A stretch of DNA of 34,812 bases, from the NCBI GenBank assembly GCA_012799795.1, contig JAAZKO010000016.1, positions 1 through 34,812 of the forward strand. The letters run 5' to 3'. A program made the position numbers and the translations under genes. Source of the DNA: Minisyncoccota bacterium (lineage in GTDB: Bacteria; Patescibacteriota; Microgenomatia; UBA1400; PJMF01). Of the stretch, positions 9,916 through 17,342 are shown piece by piece. Below the pieces are notes generated by a model, which saw only the letters and a list, made by a program, of their open reading frames with translations, was not told the DNA's origin and did no database searches. Within the stretch, counting starts at the first letter, position 1; each line of letters opens with the position of its first letter.

Positions 9916-11182
9916 AAACAACGATCGTCGGACTTTCTTTAATCTCTTAATCACTTATCTATTTTTGTTTTTAATCTGGACTTTATTCTCTTTTGTTTTT
10001 ACTGACCCTAATTTAACATTAATTAATAGACAAGCATTTATTGCTTGTCAAAATTTTTTATGGCAAAATATTTTACCCAATACCTATTTGAGGGTTGGCA
10101 CATATTTAACATTAACCGGTGCTTTAATGATTAATTATCTTTATTTAATTAAATTTTGGCCAAAAAAAATCAAGTTTTTTGATAAAAAAATAATAATTAC
10201 TCTATTACCTCTATTTTTAATCTTATTAATTAGCTATAACGCTTTATCTCATGATCTTTTTAATTATATTTTTAATGCGCGAATCTTAATTAAATATGGA
10301 ACTAATCCGCATCGTGTAGCAGCTTTAAATTTTCCTAACGACCTTTGGTTGCGTTTTATGCATAATGTGCATACTACAGCACCCTATGGACAAGCATGGA
10401 CTATTATTTCTCTTATTCCTTACTTTTTTGGCTTTAATAAATTTTTATTAACTTATTTAAGTTTTAAATTTTTTGCTTTTTTAGGAATGCTACTTAGTTA
10501 TTTTTTCTTAAATAAATTATTAAACAAAAAAGAAAATAAAAATTTTAAACTCGCTTTATTATTTCTCAATCCCTTAATTTTGATTGAAACACTCGCTAAT
10601 GCTCATAACGATTGGTGGATGATGTGGCCAGTATTAGCCAGTTTTTTAATAGCTAAAAAATTCATTCAAGAAAAAAATAAAAATTATTTCTGGATCATAT
10701 TAATTGTTTTATTAATGTTTTTTTCAGTCTTTACAAAATTTGCTAGTTTAGTAGCTATTCCCTTTCTTATTTACTATCTTTCTAAAAATCACTTGGAAAA
10801 ATTGCTAATTTTTAAAACTAAGTTTCCGGAAAAAATTAAACATTTTATTGATCAATATTTTTGGGATTTAATTAGCATTAGCTTTTTTTTACCACTTTTG
10901 ACTAAGCGTTCACAGTGCTTTTTGACTTGGTATTTAATTTGGCCAATGGCTTTTCTACCACTACTAAAAAGCAAGTGTTGGCGCAATAATTTATTAATTT
11001 TTTCATTTAGCGCCTTACTAAGTTATGTGCCGTGGATCCTTTATCTGCCTTGGTTAAATTTTGAGCATGCTTTAGCTAATGTTTTGCTATATAAACAAGT
11101 AATATTATGGTCATCACCTCTAATTTATAATTTATTTCTTTTACTTAATTTAATTATTAAAAATGTTAAAAATAAACGCTAA
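9908..11182 (+). CDS. Polytopic membrane protein, probable GT-C glycosyltransferase (DUF2029/GT87-like)
   Basis: 424 aa and almost entirely hydrophobic helices. The loop SHDLFNYIFNARILIKYGTNPH resembles the D..Y......G.NPY loop of PimE/DUF2029-type mannosyltransferases (from memory). The start overlaps the preceding stop (ATGATTAA). Confidence 0.5.
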   Translation: MIKNNDRRTFFNLLITYLFLFLIWTLFSFVFTDPNLTLINRQAFIACQNFLWQNILPNTYLRVGTYLTLTGALMINYLYLIKFWPKKIKFFDKKIIITLLPLFLILLISYNALSHDLFNYIFNARILIKYGTNPHRVAALNFPNDLWLRFMHNVHTTAPYGQAWTIISLIPYFFGFNKFLLTYLSFKFFAFLGMLLSYFFLNKLLNKKENKNFKLALLFLNPLILIETLANAHNDWWMMWPVLASFLIAKKFIQEKNKNYFWIILIVLLMFFSVFTKFASLVAIPFLIYYLSKNHLEKLLIFKTKFPEKIKHFIDQYFWDLISISFFLPLLTKRSQCFLTWYLIWPMAFLPLLKSKCWRNNLLIFSFSALLSYVPWILYLPWLNFEHALANVLLYKQVILWSSPLIYNLFLLLNLIIKNVKNKR

Positions 11183-12689
11183 GCAAAAACACTATCTAGT
11201 CTTTGTTTTAATTTTGGTCTTTTATTTTATATTGACTTTATTTCAATTAAATAAATTGCCAGTTTTTGGTGATGAAGCAATTTATATTCGCTGGACTCAA
11301 TTAATTATTGATGATTGGCAACGCTATTTATTTTTCCCTATGAATGACGGTAAAACTCCCTTACAAATGTGGTTGATGATCCCCTTTCAATTTATTTTTA
11401 AAAATCAATTATTTGCTGGTAGATTTCTCTCTGTTTTGATTGGCGCTGGAAATCTTTTAACAATTGGCTTAATCACTAAAGAAATGAGCAGTCGCGAGAA
11501 AGGTAGAAATCTGAGCCAATATTTAGCCATGTTTTTTACCAGTATTCTATCTTTTACTTTCTTTCATCATCGTATGGCCTTAACCGACGCTCTATTGTTT
11601 TTAAACCTTAATTTAAGTTTTTTCTTCACTTTAAAATTTATAAAAAAACAAAAATTTTTCTATTTAGTCCTATTAGTTTTGAGTTTTTTCTTAGCTTTAT
11701 TTAGTAAGCTAAGCGCACTTTTATTTATTCCAAGTTTATTAGTATTGCTTTTTTACTCAAAAAAGTTTTCCTTGAAAAAATTTATAAAGGATGCTTTTCT
11801 CTTATTATTAGCGCTAGCAATCGGCTTTTCTTTATTTTATGGTTTGCGCTTCTTACCGGTTTTCCCGCAATTGTTTAAAAGAGGCGGAGATTTTTTATAC
11901 CCATTTGAAATCCTGTTCAAAAAAGAAATTTTTAAGATATTTTTTGGAAATTTAAATTTTTTTATTGATCAATTTTTGGCCTATTTTGGACTAGCGCTAT
12001 TAATTCTCTCTATTGCTAATTTCAACAAAAAGAATAAGCAGACAGTAATTTTATTGTTATTGGCCTTAATGGCTTATGTTATTCCTCTAGCACTGTTAGG
12101 CAAAATCATTTATCCTCGCTACTTACTCCCCACTAGTCTTTTTATTATCGTCCTTGCTAGTTTAAATTTAGCAAATTTGATAAAAGAAAAATTGAAAATT
12201 TACCAAATTTTAGCTGGGCTTTTATTTATTTTGACAATCTTTCATAGTAGCAAATTCATCCTAACTAATTACTTTGATATTGATCAAATACCTTTCAGCA
12301 AAGCTGATCGTGTCCAATACTTGGAGGAGTGGTCAAGTGGACAAGGGATTTACGATGTAACTCAACTAATGTTAAGCACCAGCAAAAAACAAAGCTTAGC
12401 AGTCGCTACAGAGGGCTATTTTGGCACCTTGCCCGATGGGATACTCATGTATCTGCACCGCCAAAATGTTGATAATCTGATGGTGGATGGCATTGGACAG
12501 CCAATTCATTCTATTCCTGAGGATTTTTTACTCAAAGCCAATAATTACGACAAACTGTGGCTAGTAGTTAATTCTCATCGTTTAAAAATGGAATTAAATA
12601 GTGATTATCTGATAAAAGAATATTGTCGACCTAATAATGCTCCTTGTTTACAAGTTTGGGATCTAAGCTATTTACTTAATAATAAGTAA
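11163..12689 (+). CDS. GT-C fold membrane glycosyltransferase (ArnT/PMT_2-like)
   Basis: 508 aa. The first loop, FGDEAIYIRW, matches the DE..Y motif of ArnT/PMT-family enzymes. It has multiple TM helices and a soluble C-terminal domain of about 150 aa. It overlaps the upstream gene by 20 nt. Confidence 0.65.
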   Translation: MLKINAKQKHYLVFVLILVFYFILTLFQLNKLPVFGDEAIYIRWTQLIIDDWQRYLFFPMNDGKTPLQMWLMIPFQFIFKNQLFAGRFLSVLIGAGNLLTIGLITKEMSSREKGRNLSQYLAMFFTSILSFTFFHHRMALTDALLFLNLNLSFFFTLKFIKKQKFFYLVLLVLSFFLALFSKLSALLFIPSLLVLLFYSKKFSLKKFIKDAFLLLLALAIGFSLFYGLRFLPVFPQLFKRGGDFLYPFEILFKKEIFKIFFGNLNFFIDQFLAYFGLALLILSIANFNKKNKQTVILLLLALMAYVIPLALLGKIIYPRYLLPTSLFIIVLASLNLANLIKEKLKIYQILAGLLFILTIFHSSKFILTNYFDIDQIPFSKADRVQYLEEWSSGQGIYDVTQLMLSTSKKQSLAVATEGYFGTLPDGILMYLHRQNVDNLMVDGIGQPIHSIPEDFLLKANNYDKLWLVVNSHRLKMELNSDYLIKEYCRPNNAPCLQVWDLSYLLNNK

Positions 12690-12770
12690 ATCTTGCTCAA
12701 AACTTTAACTTAATTTTATCTTTTTCCAATAAACTAGTTTCTATTAATTGTTTTAGAAAGGAGTTCTTTA

Positions 12771-13412
12771 ATGAAACACTTCACATATTTTGATTTTTTT
12801 AAACATGCTGCGAGCAGTCCTCTATCTAATATTTTATTAAACAGTCAATTAGCCCTAAGTGATCAGGAAAGCAAGGAAGAAAGTTTAAAAAGAATTTTAC
12901 TCAGCGCTAATTACATTAGAGATTTACTCAATAGCAATGAAGAAGAAGATCAAAAATTATTTTTAGTTAATGATGCGCTGGTAGAAATAATTTTGCTAAA
13001 CCAATGTTTCCACCAAAATGTTTCTTATAGTAAAAAATTGACTCAAAGTACTAATATTAAATTGGCTGCCAATAAATTGCTTTTTCAAGAGGTTATTAAT
13101 TGTCTATTAAATAATGCAGTCGAAGCTTATCAAACAAATAAGTTAAATAAAATTGTATTAATTAAAACACAAATTAAAAATAAGAATTTAGAAATAGGTA
13201 TTACTGATGGAGGAAGTGGCCTAACTTGGTTTCAACAACAATTAATTGCTAAAAAGTTTTATTCACTCAAAGATGAGCATCAAGGAGTTGGTTTATTTTA
13301 TGCAAAAAGAATTATAAAAAATAAATTTTCTGGAAAAATTAAATTTCTAAGTAAAAAAAATCAGGGTTCTACGGCTATCGTGCAGATTCCTCTTTATTAC
13401 AGTCCAAAATGA
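12771..13412 (+). CDS. Sensor-less cytoplasmic histidine kinase (DHp + HATPase_c only)
   Basis: H-box KHAASSPLSNILLNSQL with the His at residue 12, N-box LLNNAVEAY, G1 ITDGGSG, G2 GVGLFYAKRI. No TM or sensor domain. An in-frame TAG at 12735-12737 blocks N-terminal extension. AAAGGAG RBS lies 8 nt upstream. Confidence 0.75.
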   Translation: MKHFTYFDFFKHAASSPLSNILLNSQLALSDQESKEESLKRILLSANYIRDLLNSNEEEDQKLFLVNDALVEIILLNQCFHQNVSYSKKLTQSTNIKLAANKLLFQEVINCLLNNAVEAYQTNKLNKIVLIKTQIKNKNLEIGITDGGSGLTWFQQQLIAKKFYSLKDEHQGVGLFYAKRIIKNKFSGKIKFLSKKNQGSTAIVQIPLYYSPK

Positions 13413-14064
13413 AACCATAATCACGAATTGTTTTAACAAGCCCACTAAATCGGCCTATTTTCAACCTAATTCGTCTCACGTAGACGTTGAGGGTTCTCTG
13501 TTGAGGAATATTATCTGTTCTGGGCCAGACATAGTCGATTAGAGTCTGATAACTAACAGCTTGATTTTGATGTATTAATAAACACTCTAGTATTTGCCTC
13601 TCTTTTTTGGGCAAATAAAAGCAATCTGCATTTTCCAGATCTTGCAATAGACCGGCATCGTTTAAATAAAAATAAGGGCAAATATAGCGTTCTTCTTGCC
13701 TGCACTTTGATCTAGATAATAAGTTAGTAACTTTTAATAGAAGTTCCTTAACAACAAATGGTTTGGCTAAAAAATCGTCAGCGAGCTTTAAAGCCATGAG
13801 CCTATCAACTAATAATTTTTTTTGACTAATCAACAAAACCCTAACAAAACTCTGCTCAGCCCTTAATCCTACAAGAAAATCCAAGCCATCTTCTCTATTG
13901 ATAAAGCGATCAAAAATTAGAAGATCATAATCATTATTATCAATTAGCTCCCCTGCTCTTTCCAGTTCATGAGCTAAATCTACGTGATATTTTGACTTTA
14001 TTAATACTTGCTTAAGAGTTTTAAGTAAGATGAGGTCGTCTTCTAAAACTAAGATTTTAAACAT
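13375..14064 (-). CDS. OmpR-family response regulator (REC + winged-helix)
   Basis: MFKILVLEDD, the phospho-acceptor context DLLIFDRF, LADDFLAKPF, and the C-terminal trans_reg_C-like LPKKERQILECLL...RTLNVYVRRIRLKI...IRDYGFIL. Ends with TAG at 13375-13377. Confidence 0.85.
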   Translation of the reverse strand: MFKILVLEDDLILLKTLKQVLIKSKYHVDLAHELERAGELIDNNDYDLLIFDRFINREDGLDFLVGLRAEQSFVRVLLISQKKLLVDRLMALKLADDFLAKPFVVKELLLKVTNLLSRSKCRQEERYICPYFYLNDAGLLQDLENADCFYLPKKERQILECLLIHQNQAVSYQTLIDYVWPRTDNIPQQRTLNVYVRRIRLKIGRFSGLVKTIRDYGFILDCNKEESAR

Positions 14065-14159
14065 CTATTTAATTAGCCTTCTGTTATATAATAATTAAGT
14101 TGATTTTAACAAAGAAAGTTAAAGTTAAATTAAAATTTATAAAGAGATTTTAGAAATTA

Positions 14160-14230
14160 TCCCGGGTAGTGAAATGGCATCACCATTGACTCTGAATCAA
14201 TTATTCCAGGTTCGAATCCTGGCCCGGGAT
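14160..14230 (+). tRNA. tRNA-Gln (anticodon CUG)
   Basis: Manual cloverleaf. Acceptor tcccggg/cccggga (U1-A72, as in bacterial tRNA-Gln). D stem gtga/tcac. Anticodon stem attga/tcaat with loop ctCTGaa (anticodon at 14192-14194). 4-nt variable region. T stem ccagg/cctgg with a ttcgaat loop. CCA is not encoded. Confidence 0.85.
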
Positions 14231-14254
14231 CAAATATGATCAGTCTAAATGGTG

Positions 14255-14260
14255 TAAAAT
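14255..14260 (+). promoter_or_regulatory. -10-like hexamer TAAAAT exactly 6 nt upstream of the DUF488 ATG (possible leaderless transcript)
   Basis: ggtgTAAAATcaaattATG. There is no Shine-Dalgarno sequence in the 6-nt spacer. Read-through from the tRNA is an alternative. Confidence 0.3.
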
Positions 14261-14266
14261 CAAATT

Positions 14267-14608
14267 ATGATAAAACTAAAAAGAGCATACGATGAGGCTA
14301 CAAAAAACGATGGTTTTAGAGTCCTAGTCGATAGACTTTGGCCAAGAGGAATCTCAAAAGAGAAGGCTCATTTAAATTTGTGGATGAAAGATATAGCTCC
14401 GAGCACCACTCTTCGGAAGTGGTTTAAACATGATCCGAAAAAGTGGTTGGGATTTCAAGAAAAATATAAAAAAGAGTTGATGAAAAATAAAGAACTTATT
14501 GAACAGTTAAAAGAATACGAAAAAAAACATAAAATTCTCACCCTTGTATATGCTGCCAAAGACACAGAACACAATGAGGCAGTTATTTTACTAGATTTAC
14601 TCAAATAG
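14267..14608 (+). CDS. DUF488 (YeaO-like) protein
   Basis: KRAYDEATKNDGFRVLVDRLWPRGISKEKAHLNLWMKDIAPSTTLRKWF closely parallels the YeaO/DUF488 N-terminal consensus (RVLVDRLWPRG...PS..LRK.F). Confidence 0.85.
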   Translation: MIKLKRAYDEATKNDGFRVLVDRLWPRGISKEKAHLNLWMKDIAPSTTLRKWFKHDPKKWLGFQEKYKKELMKNKELIEQLKEYEKKHKILTLVYAAKDTEHNEAVILLDLLK

Positions 14609-14657
14609 TTACAAAACTAATTACTCACTTTTACTAAAATTACGATCCCTAATCAAA

Positions 14658-15581
14658 TCAAATTTTAAAAACAATTTTTTTATCTAGCTTTGGCTCGGCA
14701 AGTATAAAGGAATTTTTGATTTTAAGACAAACAATTGTTTGCTTATTTGTTTTATTAGTAATTTCAATTTTCTTATGAAAATATTCTTTCATCATTTGAT
14801 TGGCTAAATAAAATTTTAATTTAAACTGCTTCATTTCTTCATTATTAAAAGAATTGATTTCAATTAAGCCCTTTATGCTTTTAGCATTAGTCAGTCCAAC
14901 ATTGTCTTCGATGAAAATTTTTAATAAATAAGGAGTTCTTGTAAAATAAATTTTTAGATATTTTGCTTTTTTATTAATTGAAATTAAAGACTCAATGCTG
15001 CTTAAAAGAATCGTATTAATAATTCTTAATAATTGATCTTGATAGGCAAAAATACGATATTCTCTTGAGCTGGTGAATTCCAGTTTAATATTATTGAGCT
15101 TTAAGGTGTCTTGATAAAAAGATAATAATGAACAGATCTCTTCTGTTAGGGCAAAAAGTCTTTTGTCATTTTTTTGCACTAGCTGTTTGTTTAATAAATA
15201 TTCTCTTTTTTTTATTGTTAATAATAGCCGGTCTGCTTTGCTCAAATATTGTTTAAATAATTGTTTATCTTTTAAAAAAACTGGATCTTTAAAACTGTCC
15301 AAAATTAAACGTAAAGAAGTCAATAGATTTTTTTGACTATTGATTGAAAAAAGCGCAATTTTGGCTGTATCTAGTAAAACAGCTGTTTTTTGACAATAAT
15401 TTTCCTGAAATTTAATCAGGGCTTTAAATTTATTGGTCCAAAATAAATAGTCAATAATATAAAAAATCAAAATGATAATTAACAATGAAATTAAGATTAG
15501 AGAAAACTCTATGAACAATAGAGCTAAACTTGGCCGACAACCCTGTTGCCAACAAAAAATTTTAAAAATCAGAAAAAGCAT
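14658..15581 (-). CDS. Single-pass membrane protein with a degenerate histidine-kinase-like (DHp/GHKL-like) region and no phospho-acceptor His
   Basis: One TM helix (about residues 18-46). The DHp-like segment ALFSINSQKNLLTSLRLILDS has Gln where the H-box His would be. The N-box-like LLRIINTILLSSIESL has Asn replaced by Ser. The G1-like box is IEDNVGL. The only His in the protein is near the C-terminus (YFHKK). The fold assignment rests on motifs only. Confidence 0.4.
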   Translation of the reverse strand: MLFLIFKIFCWQQGCRPSLALLFIEFSLILISLLIIILIFYIIDYLFWTNKFKALIKFQENYCQKTAVLLDTAKIALFSINSQKNLLTSLRLILDSFKDPVFLKDKQLFKQYLSKADRLLLTIKKREYLLNKQLVQKNDKRLFALTEEICSLLSFYQDTLKLNNIKLEFTSSREYRIFAYQDQLLRIINTILLSSIESLISINKKAKYLKIYFTRTPYLLKIFIEDNVGLTNAKSIKGLIEINSFNNEEMKQFKLKFYLANQMMKEYFHKKIEITNKTNKQTIVCLKIKNSFILAEPKLDKKIVFKI

Positions 15582-16527
15582 TAGCCTTCATTTTATTTTT
15601 TATATCTTTAAAGATTTTTTCTTGACGGTCAAATTGATTAAAATGAGCCTGCTGAAGATTTATAAAGTAATCTTCTTTACCAAATAAAAGATATCGATAA
15701 ATATTTTGCAAGGCATAAAAAAATACATTGACTAACCATAAACAATAATCAAATATTTTATTCTTTGAGCCTAAATTAGGCTCATTTTCAGGCCCCAAAG
15801 CAAGCAGCTCCGCAAATTGTTTGTTATTTAACAATATTTTTTCTTTTAAATTGTCTCTGTCAAATAAAGAACGCATTTGTTTAAGTTCATAGGCTTGATA
15901 AATTGAAAAGCCCCTATTAACAATGTCTAGAGAGCTTTCATCCAGCCATAAGTTGAGACACCAAGCTTGTTTATTATTGTTTTTTGCTTGCGCATCTATT
16001 TGTGGCTGTTTGCCTAATATCTTGGCCAATAAAATCACAAAAAATCGAGAAATCCACAGAGTATTTTTTTTCACAATTAAACAAAAATCTAAATCATCAT
16101 CTAGATCAGCATTGTTTAAGGCACTAGAACCGGTTAAGAAAACAGCTTTGATGCTTGGAAAACGCTGTAAGTAATTACTTGCCTGATTAATAGCGGATTG
16201 CCTATTTTTGGCCATTGTTTTTTTACTTGACCTTAATCCCACTAAGTCCTGACGACCTTTCAAAAAATAATAAACAGTTTTTCCTTTAGCTAAACTAGCA
16301 ATTTTTTCTTTTTTTTCTAAACTCTCTAAACTCTTTTGTAACAGAGCCTTATCTCGCTTAAGCATTAACTTGTTAGTTGTGAGTTTCTGGCCAATTAAAA
16401 ATCGCCAATCCCAAACTTTTGCTAAACGCTGATGAATTTCTTTTTTTGTTAAAGGAAAATTAAAATAGTCACTATAGCTAAGCGTAAAAAAAACAGCGTG
16501 GTCTAAATCACTAAAATAAACAGACAC
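15562..16527 (-). CDS. Pol-beta-superfamily nucleotidyltransferase domain protein with an N-terminal wHTH-like domain
   Basis: FLTGSSALNNADLDDDLDFCLIV matches the G-S-x(n)-D-x-D minimal nucleotidyltransferase signature. The N-terminal YSDYFNFPLTKKEI motif is one I recall from uncharacterised CPR proteins. GTG start at 16527. Confidence 0.6.
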   Translation of the reverse strand: MSVYFSDLDHAVFFTLSYSDYFNFPLTKKEIHQRLAKVWDWRFLIGQKLTTNKLMLKRDKALLQKSLESLEKKEKIASLAKGKTVYYFLKGRQDLVGLRSSKKTMAKNRQSAINQASNYLQRFPSIKAVFLTGSSALNNADLDDDLDFCLIVKKNTLWISRFFVILLAKILGKQPQIDAQAKNNNKQAWCLNLWLDESSLDIVNRGFSIYQAYELKQMRSLFDRDNLKEKILLNNKQFAELLALGPENEPNLGSKNKIFDYCLWLVNVFFYALQNIYRYLLFGKEDYFINLQQAHFNQFDRQEKIFKDIKNKMKANAFSDF

Positions 16528-16533
16528 CCAGTT

Positions 16534-16539
16534 ATCATA
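16534..16539 (-). promoter_or_regulatory. -10-like hexamer TATGAT 6 nt upstream of the nucleotidyltransferase GTG start (possible leaderless transcript)
   Basis: The minus strand reads TATGATaactggGTG. No SD sequence is present. Confidence 0.3.
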
Positions 16540-16560
16540 AACTATCAGCTAAAAATTCGC

Positions 16561-16566
16561 TATAAT
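16561..16566 (+). promoter_or_regulatory. Perfect TATAAT -10 hexamer 7 nt upstream of the xth ATG (possible leaderless or 1-nt-leader transcript)
   Basis: cgcTATAATaagagctATG. No properly spaced SD sequence, and the -35 is weak. Confidence 0.35.
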
Positions 16567-16573
16567 AAGAGCT

Positions 16574-17341
16574 ATGAGAATTTATTCATGGAACGTCAAT
16601 GGTATTAGAGCAATTATGAAAAAGGGTTTTTTGGATTGGATTGAAGATGAAAAACCAGACATTTTGTGTGTCCAAGAAACTAAGGCTCATCCCGATCAAT
16701 TGAGTTTTGAATTAAAAGAAGTAGATGACTATCAAGTTCATTTTGCTAGTGCAAAAAAGGCTGGTTACAGCGGTACAGCCACTTATTCAAGGATGCAAAC
16801 AAAAAAAGTTCAAATCGGTTTAGGTGAAAAACGTTTTGATCAAGAGGGTCGAACTATTATTAGTTATTATCCAAATTTTGTTTTATTTAATATTTATTTT
16901 CCCAACGGTAAAGCCAGTAAAGAACGATTAGCCTATAAAATGGATTATTATTATTTTCTATTAGATTATTTAAAAAAAATAAAAAAAGAGCAAAAAAATA
17001 TTATTATTACTGGAGATGTTAACACTGCCCATAAAGAGATCGATCTGGCTAGACCGAAAGCTAATGAGAAAATTTCTGGTTTCTTGAAAGAAGAGAGAGA
17101 GTGGATTGACCAACTACTCGATTCTGGTTTTATTGATAGTTATCGCCACTTTTATCCAAAAAAAACTGACGCTTATACCTGGTGGAGTTTGAGGACTGCT
17201 GCTCGAAAACGGAATGTGGGTTGGAGAATCGATTATTTTCTTATTAGTGAACCTTTAATTAAAAACCTAAAGGCTGCCAAAATTCATGATCAGGTAAAAG
17301 GCTCAGATCATTGTCCAATTTCGATCGAAGTTCAATTTTGA
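16574..17341 (+). CDS. xth: Exodeoxyribonuclease III (AP endonuclease)
   Basis: MRIYSWNVNGIRA, ILCVQETK, GDVNTAHKEIDL, WRIDYFL and SDHCPI, the full ExoIII/EEP motif set. Stop TGA. Confidence 0.92.
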   Translation: MRIYSWNVNGIRAIMKKGFLDWIEDEKPDILCVQETKAHPDQLSFELKEVDDYQVHFASAKKAGYSGTATYSRMQTKKVQIGLGEKRFDQEGRTIISYYPNFVLFNIYFPNGKASKERLAYKMDYYYFLLDYLKKIKKEQKNIIITGDVNTAHKEIDLARPKANEKISGFLKEEREWIDQLLDSGFIDSYRHFYPKKTDAYTWWSLRTAARKRNVGWRIDYFLISEPLIKNLKAAKIHDQVKGSDHCPISIEVQF

Positions 17342-17342
17342 T

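Noticed and set aside
15472-16174. Plus-strand ORFs 15472-15687 and 15923-16174. Similar short antisense ORFs occur at 1838-2020, 3968-4156, 6199-6405, 8243-8500, 17596-17799, 22336-22539, 29518-29715, 30955-31206 and 33667-33864.
   Set aside because: They lie antisense to, or nested inside, genes with clear homology-type motifs. They show no start context or conserved features, so I consider them spurious.
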